Assembly (NCBI RefSeq): GCF_000485595.1
Contig: NW_014577076.1
Location: forward strand, 417,430-469,763
Origin: Priapulus caudatus
Lineage: Eukaryota
Length of the DNA stretch: 52,334 nucleotides
Direction of reading: 5' to 3'
The first letter of the stretch is position 1; every line of letters starts with the position of its first letter. The notes beneath the pieces were generated by a model. The model made no database searches. It saw only the letters and a list, made by a program, of their open reading frames with translations, and was not told the origin of the DNA. Positions 39,661 through 50,748 of this stretch are shown here, in pieces. Both the position numbers and the translations under genes were made by a program.

Positions 39661-41046
39661 AAACTATGTTACGCTGTCACTACTTGGTGCTACTAGCCGC
39701 TTGACAGCCTACTAACCATGTATGAGAATAAAACGCGAGCGCAATGTGACCAAACATGGGCTCCCAATTCAGCATACACGCGCGTGTAGTCGCCCATCGG
39801 GGACGCGCGTGCGCGCAGAAAGAAATCTGACGTCAATTGCGTAGAATGTGTCACGGCAGCGAGAGCGGTGCTCAAAACAGTATCTTGCGATGATAAGTGC
39901 ACTTGAAATGCGCATCGTTCGAGCAGCTCTTGATCGATTTCGCTCGCGATAACGTTATTCTGACGGCGAACAAAAAAGCCGCCTGCTTATTCACCGGCGC
40001 GCATGCAGCCACAATTTAGCATGGCAAGCGATAAATGCACGGCTTACCGACTCTCCGTCATTATTTTCACTCTGTCATTATTTTCGGCATGGAAATGGCA
40101 GGTCGGAAAACGCGCATACGAATCGGGCACTACGGGGAAATGGCCGGCCCAATGGCGAGAGCGAGCTAGAGAGCTATCAGGCGGGCTGCAACCTGCAAAC
40201 GTGCGTTGGAAGGAAATCATTTCACCGCCACGCGAAAAACAGCATCATTACCTAAACTAAATAGCAAGCTGATACTTGCCCAAAGTGCTTGCTAATTTCC
40301 AGACCTCCCATTTATGGTGCGCGCAACGAAAATGGGCTTTTAGCATAGCGCACCTTTATACGCACTAAAGCACGAGCAACAGCACACTATAAAAGGTATG
40401 CCCATGGGTTCCATAATCCATAATGGCACGCTATATTTATGATGCGCATTTTATACAGCTAGGTACGCCCGTGAATGCATGTCTGTACATATACCTCATA
40501 CATATTATGAATCCATTCTCGCATGATGTATATCGAAGACGTTGACATGTAAACGCTGTATGAATGCATTGCATGTCTATAGCTTTTACCGTTTCAGATC
40601 TTTCTCGTGATTAGCAAATCTAAAGATATTCATGTAAATTCTTTACCGTAAAATAAACATCGTGCGTACGTTCATCATTACATAAAAACGCTTACGCAAT
40701 GCCAACCGCCCGATTTACCCGGTTTTACATATAGCTGGCAGCATATATATATGGCAGCATATAGCGAGTGACATCTGATAGGTAAAGAGATGCAGTGCGC
40801 GCATATAGACATGAATGGGAGACGACATTTAGCATGGCAGCTGCAGCTGTGATTGGCGAGCTCATATTCCTAACAGGTGGCGGCCGGGTTATCAATTCTC
40901 ATTATTCTGACTTCCGAACGTAGGCAAAATAAAACGTTGCGCTGACGCACGAAAACTATACGTCGACACGGAATCGAGCCGATGTACAGTCTGCGAGTAT
41001 TGTAGCCGATAAGTTCAATAAGACGGCGCGTGTGCCTCGCAAGAAG

Positions 41047-41655
41047 AAACTAGAAACGAGCAGTTGTCGCCAACTACATGTATCCCCCGTGATCTAGTAT
41101 ATGAATGGAATCTCTCTGTAAGGACGTAGAAGGCAGGTAAAGTTAAATAAGTCACAAAGACAAAGGTTTGTTAGAAAATTGATGTGCCTCAGATGTGCAA
41201 GTATATGGAATCTGGTTACCCTAGGAGGCCGAAGATGAAATGTAAGTCGACGGTGAAGGTCAAACTAAGGTCAAGGGCAGTGGTGGTTTTGGTATGCGAC
41301 AGACCTTCTCCCCAAGATGTGTAAGCATACCAAGTTTGGTCGCGCTAGGTCAATTAGGGGCTGAGTTCGAGAGCGGAAGAGAAATATGATCAAGGTCATG
41401 GTAAAGGTGAAATAAAGATCGAAGTGACCTGGTGGGCAGTTTTTACCCGATCTCGGATCATCTTCAAATTTGGCATGAAGGTGCGTTATGGTAAAGCGAA
41501 GACGCCAATCGTTTTTGGTGTGGGCGGAGTCATCGTTGCCATGGTAACAACATTTTTGTGGAAATATTGTAGAACCTGTAACTTGTGCTGCTTTTACCCG
41601 ATTGTCATGGAATTTGGCACACAGGGCCGATATAACATGTCCTAGTACTTACTAT

Positions 41656-41702
<47 letters not shown>

Positions 41703-42072
41703 ATGACAATCATAAATTTAAATACAAATTTTAATACAAATATTAAATTTTTATTTTTATTTTTATTTTTAAATTTAAATTTAAATATAAATTTAAATAT
41801 AAATTTTAATACAATCGGGTAAAAAATGCAGAAGTTACAGTTTCTAGAATATTTCGACAAAAAATGTTGTTACCATGGCAACGATGACTCCGCCCACACC
41901 AAAAACGATAGGTGTCTTCGCTTTACGATAACGCACCTTCATTCAAAATTTGAAGATGATCCGAGAAGAACTGCAGCCGGTAGAGCGCTCACAAGGAAAT
42001 CTCTACGGCGGCGGCGGCGCGACGATGCCAAACCCATAGTATCCCCACGAACTTCGTTCGGGAGATACAATA
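41047..42072 (-). mobile_element. Non-autonomous Helentron-associated (HINE/DINE-1-like) element
   Basis: Subterminal inverted repeats TGTATCCCCCG (41079) and CGGGAGATACA (42059); terminal hairpin GCAGTTGTCGCCAACTAC near the A-rich end; second hairpin CGAACTTCGTTCG; internal (GGC)n and (TA)n. Confidence 0.65.
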
Positions 42073-43105
42073 AATACAAAAATCTAGCGGGCTGCATGGC
42101 CTTTAACTAACCTACAGACCTCTCTGCGCTCTCATGTGGTATTCATGCGCTTACCTCGTTTGTTAGGGGACGTAATACCTGACGGGAAGGGGGACGGGGG
42201 TCAGCCGCCTTGATATCTATTTCATATCTAACCCCTCTTGATATCTAATTGATATCGATCCACCCCCCTTTATATCTCTTTTATATCACGACATTAATGA
42301 CATTAAAGTTGGGAACGCTGCTAATGGAGCATCACCCCATATATGGCATATATGCTACGACTAAGAATGTCTACTTTCGTCATCGAAAGCAATGTTCCCT
42401 CCACTCTCCTGACGCTGAAGAATGCTGGGGGGGGGGTATTTGCAAGGATTTTACAGCCTTACGTGCACATGCATTCTGTGCCAAAAGACCACAATGGAAC
42501 CGCATTCGCCGCACGCTATGTGCGCGTGCCATATATTTTCACCGCATCGGACCTATTGAAAACAAATTAATCTCGCAAATTTCGAACTGTATATATCTAT
42601 AGTCAATGTCACGCGAATGCCCTTTAACCTGTCATTCAGCAATTGGCAGAAACCGAATAAAACTACTGCTTAACACTAGTACGTATTGACCAACCAATTA
42701 ACTGCTAATTATAGAGAAGTCAGACAGACAATAGCTGCGTTTGCGTGTAATATAAGTACATTACCCGCACGACTAACAACATTTTTAAATATCCACTCTA
42801 AATAATTATCAATGTACATTATCGTTCTAACATTTAAAAAATAGTTTCTTCATCATACGTACGTGTAATTTTATGATAGCAATGAATTATAAATGGCAGC
42901 AATAACATTACGTACAGTGATGCCATGCTGAATTTAATCTGTGCTGGCGTTTTTTAGAAGTCTTGTTATATCGTCTATAATACACTAAATACTGCTATTT
43001 CATCATACCCTAGCTCTAACTTAACTTAAGGATACTCTCAAGGTTTCAGGCAAAATTTTACCGATTTTTCATTTTTGACTTTATTCGATGACTAACATTA
43101 TGACT

Positions 43106-43467
43106 CAGGGTTCATAGTAGTAAGACACATGTTGAAATAAGGACTTATAAGACCCTTTCTGGAGGCCAAAATAAGACTTTTTTTACGCGATTTCTGATAG
43201 ATCGCCGACTATTAAAGTACACTAATAATATTTATATACACAATTGCACAGCAGATTTAATTATTCCGTGTTATGTATACAACAATTCTTACTCTAAGTC
43301 GAGAACAGTTGATAAAACAATGTTGAAAATGGTCCTTTGGCAGAAAATAAGGACTATTAAGTACTTTTCTAAGATTTTACCAAAAATAAGTACTAATAAG
43401 GGCCCTTATTTTAATTTTTGGCAAAATAAGTACTTATAAGACTTTGGAAGACCCGCTACGAACCCTG
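43106..43467. mobile_element. hAT-like MITE
   Basis: TIRs CAGGGTTCATAG / CTACGAACCCTG (11/12 match) and repeated ATAAG(G/T)AC motifs; TSD unclear. Confidence 0.65.
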
Positions 43468-44807
43468 TATGTGCCACCTCTGTATATGCTCATTTCTCCA
43501 TATAACGGTACATGTGAACTTTTAAAGCGTTTTGATTGCCCGCGTACACGCCCTAACATTTTTGCAGGGCGCCCTTCTCTCTGGAGAGCGTTTGCAGGGC
43601 GTTAGAAGGGCGCCCTGCAAACGCCCTCCATAAGTGCTACGCCCTGCAAACGCCCTCCTGAGACTTTGAAATTTTTAGCACGATTCGAGAACGCCCTGCA
43701 AACGCCCTTCTGAAACTTAGATATTTTAGCGTATGCCCTGCAAACGCCCTTCTGTAACTTAGATATTTTAGCGTATGCCCTGCAAACGCCCTTCTGAGAC
43801 TTAGACATTTTAGCGTATGCCCTGCAAACGCCCTTCTGAGACTTAGAAATTTTTAGCACGATTCGAGAACGCCCTGCAAACGCCCTTCTGGGACATAGAT
43901 ATTTTAGCGTTGATTCAACAACGCCCTGCATACGCCCTTCTGAGACTTGGACATTTTGACAGATTGAACACTTACACTACCTGGCAAATGCTATTCTTCT
44001 GTCATATAATATGCAAAATAGGAAACCCATAACTCTTGCTACAAAATGCACATGTACTTTATTTTCCTTCGGTTTGTGACCACACATATACTAGCTGATA
44101 TAGTAAAGACATATGATGTATCAAATAAACCAACATTTTAAACAATCAACTCTTTGAATTAGTTTGAAATTTAATTTAATTTAATTTAATTGAAATTAAA
44201 ATAATTCAATTTTATTATCAGTTTGCTTCGTAAATATGCTTAAATTAAAATTTACGCGATGACCGTTTCAAAAATGTGATCGCGAGAAGACTAACGTAAA
44301 AACCGGCTTGCAGACTGAATTGACCCTCAAATGTCACCTCGACATCGACAAGAAATCAAACATTGACCACTTTTTGTTTTTAGTTAAAATTAACTTTAAA
44401 TGAATTCTTATTATGTTGACTTCTTATGAAGTTATGTTTATCATGTTAATTATGTTCATTATGTTATCTTCAATAAATACATAATAAATAAATAGCTATG
44501 CATGCGTCATATGTGTTCATCGTACAGCAACCGCGCGATGCATTATGGGTAAAATGCGCCAGCGATTAATAATGGGTGAGCAGAAATTATATTGTTATCA
44601 TTACAAATCTAGCTAAAACATCAAATATACACAGTATCAGTTTTTAAAAAACATACAAGAAGGCAAGTTAATATGTCTACTATTGTTGTTGTATAGTATT
44701 TGTCATGAAACGTGAATAAACAACAATATCGCATATTTTCCTATTACATACATAATATCGCATGTCACATGACATGTATATTTAGCGACATTTGCTCTCA
44801 GCGACCA

Positions 44808-45327
44808 GACCAACCGCTTTGTCACTAACGATACTCCTAGCCGGAGATATACGGCTCCTAAACCTCTCGCTCCCACATGGCCAAACGCCACGCTCGCGAA
44901 TCCAGCTTCTGCACCATCCTACACTCGCCTAAAGCGTTGGGCTATTGTGAAAGTTCGGTTTTTTCGCGATAAATTTATGAATGGACGGTGCTGTCGGTTA
45001 TCATAGTGCACATTCGGGGGCTCGACTAATGCCCTTATCTTCCATTATCTTTCCTAGCACGGCTAACGCCGTCATGATGGAGCCCGGCTCCATCAAGTTT
45101 GTTTACAACGCAGCTCCAGTTACTAGTGTAAGTAAGCAGTACCCAAATTTGGCACTATGACATCAATTATCACGCTCCAAGTGGTGACGGAAACCGATGA
45201 GCCAAAATGCTTACCCGCTCGTAAGGAGTGGTGGCAGAAAGTGGATTCGAGGTGGCGTTTGCATGTGGAGGGGAAGGTAGGAGCCGATATCTCCGACCTA
45301 GGAAGTATGTATTGACAACGGTTGGTC
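44808..45327. mobile_element. Foldback MITE (noisy sequence)
   Basis: ~110-bp imperfect inverted arms GACCAACCG... / ...CGGTTGGTC. Confidence 0.65.
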
Positions 45328-45378
45328 TTGTTTTAGAGAGCAAGAGTAATTCTGGCTGTAATCAAATACCATCAATAT

Positions 45379-45403
45379 NNNNNNNNNNNNNNNNNNNNNN
45401 NNN
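45379..45403. other. Assembly gap (25 N)
   Basis: Run of Ns in the sequence. Confidence 1.
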
Positions 45404-45721
45404 AAATTATTCTAGACTCGCAGGCAAAGTAGAATAATGTAGTCGTGAAATAGCACTATTTTCCCGTTTTTCCGTTGTACACTCTAGGTATTATCCGCTC
45501 TTGATAGTATTTGTCGTGAAACGTGAATAAACACAACAATATCGCATATTTTCCTATTACATACATAATATCGCATGTCACATGACATGTATATTTAGCG
45601 ACATTTGCTCTCAGCGACCACTTGAAATTTCCCCTGTAGTTTGTTTGCTCTACATAATGACTGCATTCACCGATCACACCTAAAAAACCACTATACCATA
45701 TATATACACCATTATTATGAC

Positions 45722-46062
45722 CGCGCAAATCCACTTTAGGCACCTTAGGTATCACGAAGTGCACAGATTTCTGTGTATCATCAACTGATGGAGACTTTCC
45801 GTATATCAAAGAATGATGCAAAAACCGTAACCCTAATGCTAAGTCATAAAGTATAACCTTAGGCTTAGGTATCACGAAGTGTGTTAGGGTTAGGATTAGG
45901 GCTAGGGTTAGGGTTAGGGTTAGGGTTTTTGCATCATTCCTTGAAATACGGAAAGTCTGTGCATCAGTTGATGATACACAGAAATCTGTGCATCAGTTGA
46001 TGATACACAGAAATCTGTGCATCACTTCGTGATACCTAAGGTGCCTAAAGTGGAGTTGCACC
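45722..46062. mobile_element. Mutator-like MITE with internal (TTAGGG)n
   Basis: 9-bp TSD TATTATGAC (45713-45721, 46063-46071); long inverted arms; 7 telomere-like hexamers at 45884-45925. Confidence 0.85.
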
Positions 46063-46100
46063 TATTATGACATCAATACATCTTTTTTGTTATACACAAT

Positions 46101-46527
46101 CAGGGTTCTCCCCAGGATGAAATTCAAACAGGAAAGGGGGAGGGGAAGAGGGGGGGGCATGTTTTTTTACCGTACCACTAATTAATGCGTAAAATCGCCA
46201 CCACACCATAGACGGTAAATATTTGGGGTTCTTGTATATATAAGATAGCCGAGTCGGTGTACAGTTAGTGTTGGGTGTGGGACAGGTTGACTGTTTGTAC
46301 TTGTGTATTGTCTGCAGTGCATGCGTGGTACTGTAAAAATACACGCGCCTGGTGTCCTGGTCGAATGGTACTTCTTGACGATCGATTCCCGCGCTGGCAA
46401 ACTTTTATTGTGTTGGAATTTAATCGGGGGCGGAGGTAATTTAAACGGGGCGCAACGATTGAAACAGGGGGGAGTTTTCCCAAACGGGGCGCGCGCGCCC
46501 CGTTTGCGCAACGTAGGGAGAACCCTG
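46101..46527. mobile_element. hAT-like MITE with 5-bp TSD
   Basis: Perfect 12-bp TIRs CAGGGTTCTCCC / GGGAGAACCCTG; ACAAT is duplicated on both flanks. Confidence 0.8.
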
Positions 46528-49500
46528 ACAATAATGTATCATATTACTATCAGTATCACTGTAGTATCAGTATCACATACTTGAGTGAAAATCTGAAGAT
46601 GATGATTATCCATTTGTACATTCTTTAAATTGAAAAAAGAAGTAATTGATTCACCAGGTATTCAAGTTGATCACACGTGGTTTGAGTACATATTTCGCCA
46701 CTGGTATTCAACATACAGGTGACGTTGATCGCGTGTGGTTTGAATAGACCGTGGACGCCCTTCTATGTGTGAAATCTACCTGCGCTTCTGACGCCCTCCA
46801 GAGGGTGTTTGCAGGGCGCCCTGCAGACGACCTCCGGAGGGCGTTTGCAGGGCGCCCTGTAGACGTCCTTCTGTGTGTGAAATCTACCTGCCCTTCTGAC
46901 GCCCTCCGGAGGGTGTTTGCAGGGCGCCCTTCTGCAGGAGGGCGTACCTAATTTGCATATTTGGAATAGCCCTGCAAACGCCCTGCATTCGCCCTGCAAA
47001 CGCCTAAACTGGAGGGCGCCCTGCAATACAACTAAACTGGAGGGAGTTTGAGGGGCGTACGCCCTTCTACAGAAGGGCGCCCTCCAGCAGGAGGGCATAC
47101 CTAATTTGCATATTTGGAATAGCCCTGCAAACGGCCTGCATTCGCCGGCCGGCCTGCAAACGCCTAAACTGGAAAGCGCCCTGCAATACAACTAAACTGG
47201 AGGGCGTTTGAGGGGCGTACGCCATTCTACAGAAGGGCGCCCTCCAGAAACTTTCTCAAGACGCCCTTCTAACGCCCTTCAAAGGCCCTGCAAAAATGTT
47301 AGGGATAGCGTCAGAGACATGATACAACCAGAATTTTCATGATATTCACTAAGCTAGTATCATTCAGCATCAACCCTCCTACAGCTGTCATCTGCCAGTG
47401 ATAGTTGAAATTGCCGTGCGACCGAAAATAGCCCCGTTTCCCTTGTTACACACCTTGCATTTAGGCGCGTGTTTGTTGACACATAGCTTAGTAACGGCAT
47501 GCAGTACGTACACATCGTACGCGCGTTTTGCATGAAAGTGACCTCGTAATTTCTCACAATTTCTCAAGGTGCATGGAACATATTACCAATTTAGTGGTGT
47601 CAGTTAGTCATGGATATGTCGCAGTAAGTACTAACAGTAGATGTTTCACATACGTTCACCCATTTTTCACACAGGCGGTCAATCATTGTGAAAAATAGAA
47701 AAACGCTGATTTCTCCGTTTCGATTTCTGACATAGTAGCCGATGTATAAATGGATATTTCTCTGTGATTACAACTCGGATTAATTAAATTTTACACTCGT
47801 TTTAATGGTAACATATTGCTGTAAAAAAGGGCGTCAGGGATTGTTATTAAGTGCCGTATTTTATTAGTTATGCTGCTTTATTCGCTAAAATTTTCAATTC
47901 TAACACACAACTTGATTTTTAAGCAGTTTTTTTCCGTTTTTCTCGGTAAATATGAAAATTAAAGAAAAATCCTGACGCACTATTTTGGTCCATATTGTGC
48001 TTAACATGTGGCAAAAATTGTGTATCCTCACTCTTTCTGATAGTTGAGAAATATCCAAAATACAATTTTTACATAAAAATTCAAAATTTGTGTGGTAACA
48101 TAATTAGGTGCTGGAAATGTGATGAAATTTTTTGGCTTGAGCATAGAGATATATCTCCTCTATAAATAAAACAAGTGATTGAATCGATTTATTCGCCAAT
48201 AAACGTTTAATCTTCATTAGAGCAATACCCGTGCAAAAGGTGGAGAGTATCCTTAACTCCACTTAGCTCAAACTCGCTTGAAATTCAAGTGAAATGAATT
48301 TTTTATAGTCAATTAATTGAAAATCTCACGTAGGCAAAGTGTGCTTACAAGCAGTTATTGTACTGCCAAAAAAATCACATAGCCATACTTTCGCATAAAG
48401 AAAATATCCCGTAAGTTCATCATCCGAGCAATATATTGCCAATACTCACTGTGTTATTACGTTTTACGGTACCTGAGTATCTGACTCGCTGAATGCAATC
48501 GCGCCGCAAGAACCGTACGCAATATCGTTTCTCCCTCAAAACTAATTCGTCCATGGACAATGCAGAGGAAAAATCCACACCACTTTCAATCGTACGAGGA
48601 AATATCTATATATAGCGTGCAAATCTGTTTCGTAATCCATTTTACAAAACACGCGACGGCAACATCTGAACACTTCTGCTAGTGATACGCGCCCGATATG
48701 TTACCAGCCGGCAGCCATTGCAGGCCACGGATTACAGCTAGTACTCGGTATATACTGCATCTGAGTCCAAAAAAACAGGTAAAATATACGTGAAAAAAAT
48801 TGAGCCGTGGCATAAAATTCAGACTGCACAGTAAGTTGAGTACAGTTCATATTCAAAAAGTTTATTTTTTAACCAATGAATGAATAATTATATAAAATGC
48901 AAAAATACGAAATCCTACGATAAATCAAGAATCTGATTTCGTAAATCACGTGTGTGCCTCACCAAATACCGCGGTAATGGTCGGGGTAAAACTCGCCAGT
49001 CCTCTAGTCATAAATACTTCACCGGGAACTATTTACTCGCTCGCGTCTCACCGGTTATCATAGATAACTGACTGCCTGAAGCGATTATATGCTCCACGAA
49101 GAATTGTGCAGTTTCTCCTGAGAGCCAGTAGTCGCTTATGCCCATATGTAGTTATACCACCTGCCCTGATATTTTAACGCTAGCTTGTGTGTATCTGCAC
49201 GTGGGTGTGTTGGCGTGCGTTCGCATGCGCGTGGGTGCGTGCGTGCGTGCGTATGTGTGTTAGTGCGTGCGTGCGTGTTGTCTGCACATACACATTTATA
49301 CACATTTATATTGTCTGCCTCATACACGCAAGCGCGTGTGCGCGCGCACGTGTATTTATATTAGCTGCCTCATACATACGAGCGCGCACACGCAGGGATG
49401 AAGTCGATGAAAATGCGAAGCAATTTTTCGCCCAAATAACGAAATCATTGCAGGGACTCTAATACCATCATTACCACAGGAAGCGCTCGTTGCGAACCTT

Positions 49501-49618
49501 CGCCGCGCGTAACCAAATCTACAGCGGGAGACACTTTAGGGGAACGCGATGATTTATCAAATTTTTATACATATTTATTATATATATACACATATATATA
49601 TATGTATATAAATATATT

Positions 49619-49630
<12 letters not shown>

Positions 49631-49664
<34 letters not shown>

Positions 49665-49666
49665 GT

Positions 49667-49704
<38 letters not shown>

Positions 49705-49706
49705 TG
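49631..49706. repeat. (GT)n microsatellite next to an (AT)-rich run
   Basis: Directly visible. Confidence 0.95.
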
Positions 49707-50625
49707 TATATATAGGCCATGCACCGCTGCTCACCGTAGATGTATGATATCAACTTTCCCACTTATAGGCAACATTAACTTTGCGTCAAATCCAGTAATC
49801 GCATCATGAGAAAATGGGTCGGCGTGAATGCTAGCATTAATCCGTGTTGCGTTGAACCGGCAATAGATTCTAGATATAATCGAGGAAGCTTCAGCCCACG
49901 TCAAGAGTACAGGCTAATACACTGGTGCCCCACCCTTCCCGGCCACCTGCTGGAGGATTTACCACAACCGTCCGAAAATTGACAACACACGCAACATTCA
50001 AGCTCAGTTCACATACGCACACCGACGAAACATACGTGTATGCGCGCCTAACAGAACTGGGCAGGAATAAAAGTGCCAAAATAAACCTTGGGCGGCATAT
50101 GATGATTCAAGATTTAAATGAAGGCAGGGGATCGAAGCGCAACTAATACATGGCTTGTTATTGTATCTAATGTTAATTATATAGTGTATACATTATAGTC
50201 GAGTGCAGACAAACACCAATATGGCAATGAGTTATAGCAGAGAGTAAATAATGACCAACGTTGTTATCATATAATTTTCAATTTTGTTTGAAAATAGAGA
50301 TATGACGTGTTATACTTATTCTAAGCACACACTTCTTCTCAAATTCCATCCGGACTGCCTTCCCCTGAATTCTCTCTGTGATGAGAATTCACGCATCTTG
50401 TGACTAAATCACTAAAGCCATGAACACTGTGCATGTTGAGCGTACAGAGCTTCGTGCCGATACTACTTCATAAACGCGAACTGAGGCTAATTACAAGACT
50501 ACATTAACTAGCCTTCTCATCTTTCGCGACATTCGATAAATGAATGGTGTACATGGCCACATAGACTGGGCAGCAGTGGGCGACATAAAGAAACACGGTA
50601 GGGCACAGCAGTCCTGTCTACTCAC

Positions 50626-50748
50626 TATATGCGCATTTGGATGCCTTCTCCGTGAGCTTTTTCGAGACGTTGATCTCCACTTCGCAAGCCTCCCGTACTT
50701 CTCCACATTTTTGATCAACTCCGAGTGCAATCGTTTGCGGCGTTAGCG
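50626..50748 (-). CDS. CLK2: CLK exon for subdomains II-III (approximately IALKLIKNVEKYREAAKLEINVLEKL..KDPN), containing several apparent indels
   Basis: IKNVEKY reads in frame, with EINV and KLTEK in shifted frames; gcgcAG acceptor and GTgagt donor. The terminal TA plus the T of the 27018 exon gives Tyr. Confidence 0.8.

Larger units (their letters stand above)
43551..47304. mobile_element. CMC/EnSpm-like non-autonomous DNA transposon with subterminal repeat arrays
   Basis: Perfect 20-bp TIRs CCCTAACATTTTTGCAGGGC / GCCCTGCAAAAATGTTAGGG; GCCCTGCAAACGCCC arrays at both ends (~42-bp units at 43611-43946; both orientations at 46755-47290). The superfamily assignment is an inference. Confidence 0.8.
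43030..48252. mobile_element. Kolobok-like non-autonomous DNA transposon hosting nested insertions
   Basis: TTAA-GGATACTCTC at 43026-43039 and GAGAGTATCC-TTAA at 48243-48256 (10-bp TIR plus TTAA target site). Confidence 0.6.

Noticed and set aside
27326..42160. Other strong donors at ~27326, ~28429, ~38335 and ~42154
   Set aside because: No in-frame ATG in phase 2. They could only be non-coding leaders, and I counted them as negatives for the first-exon hypothesis.
43611..43946. Regularly spaced ~42-bp repeats resembling a CRISPR array, with a repetitive ORF at 43602-43931
   Set aside because: The spacers are near-identical rather than unique, the context is eukaryotic with no cas genes, and the array is subterminal to a TIR element.
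45884..45925. TTAGGG tract as a chromosome end or fusion scar
   Set aside because: It is short and enclosed within a TSD-flanked MITE.
48450..48554. Open 35-codon segment MDELVLREKRY...NNT ending at a GTGAGT donor
   Set aside because: Phase 0, incompatible with the phase-2 acceptor at 27018 unless there is an indel error.
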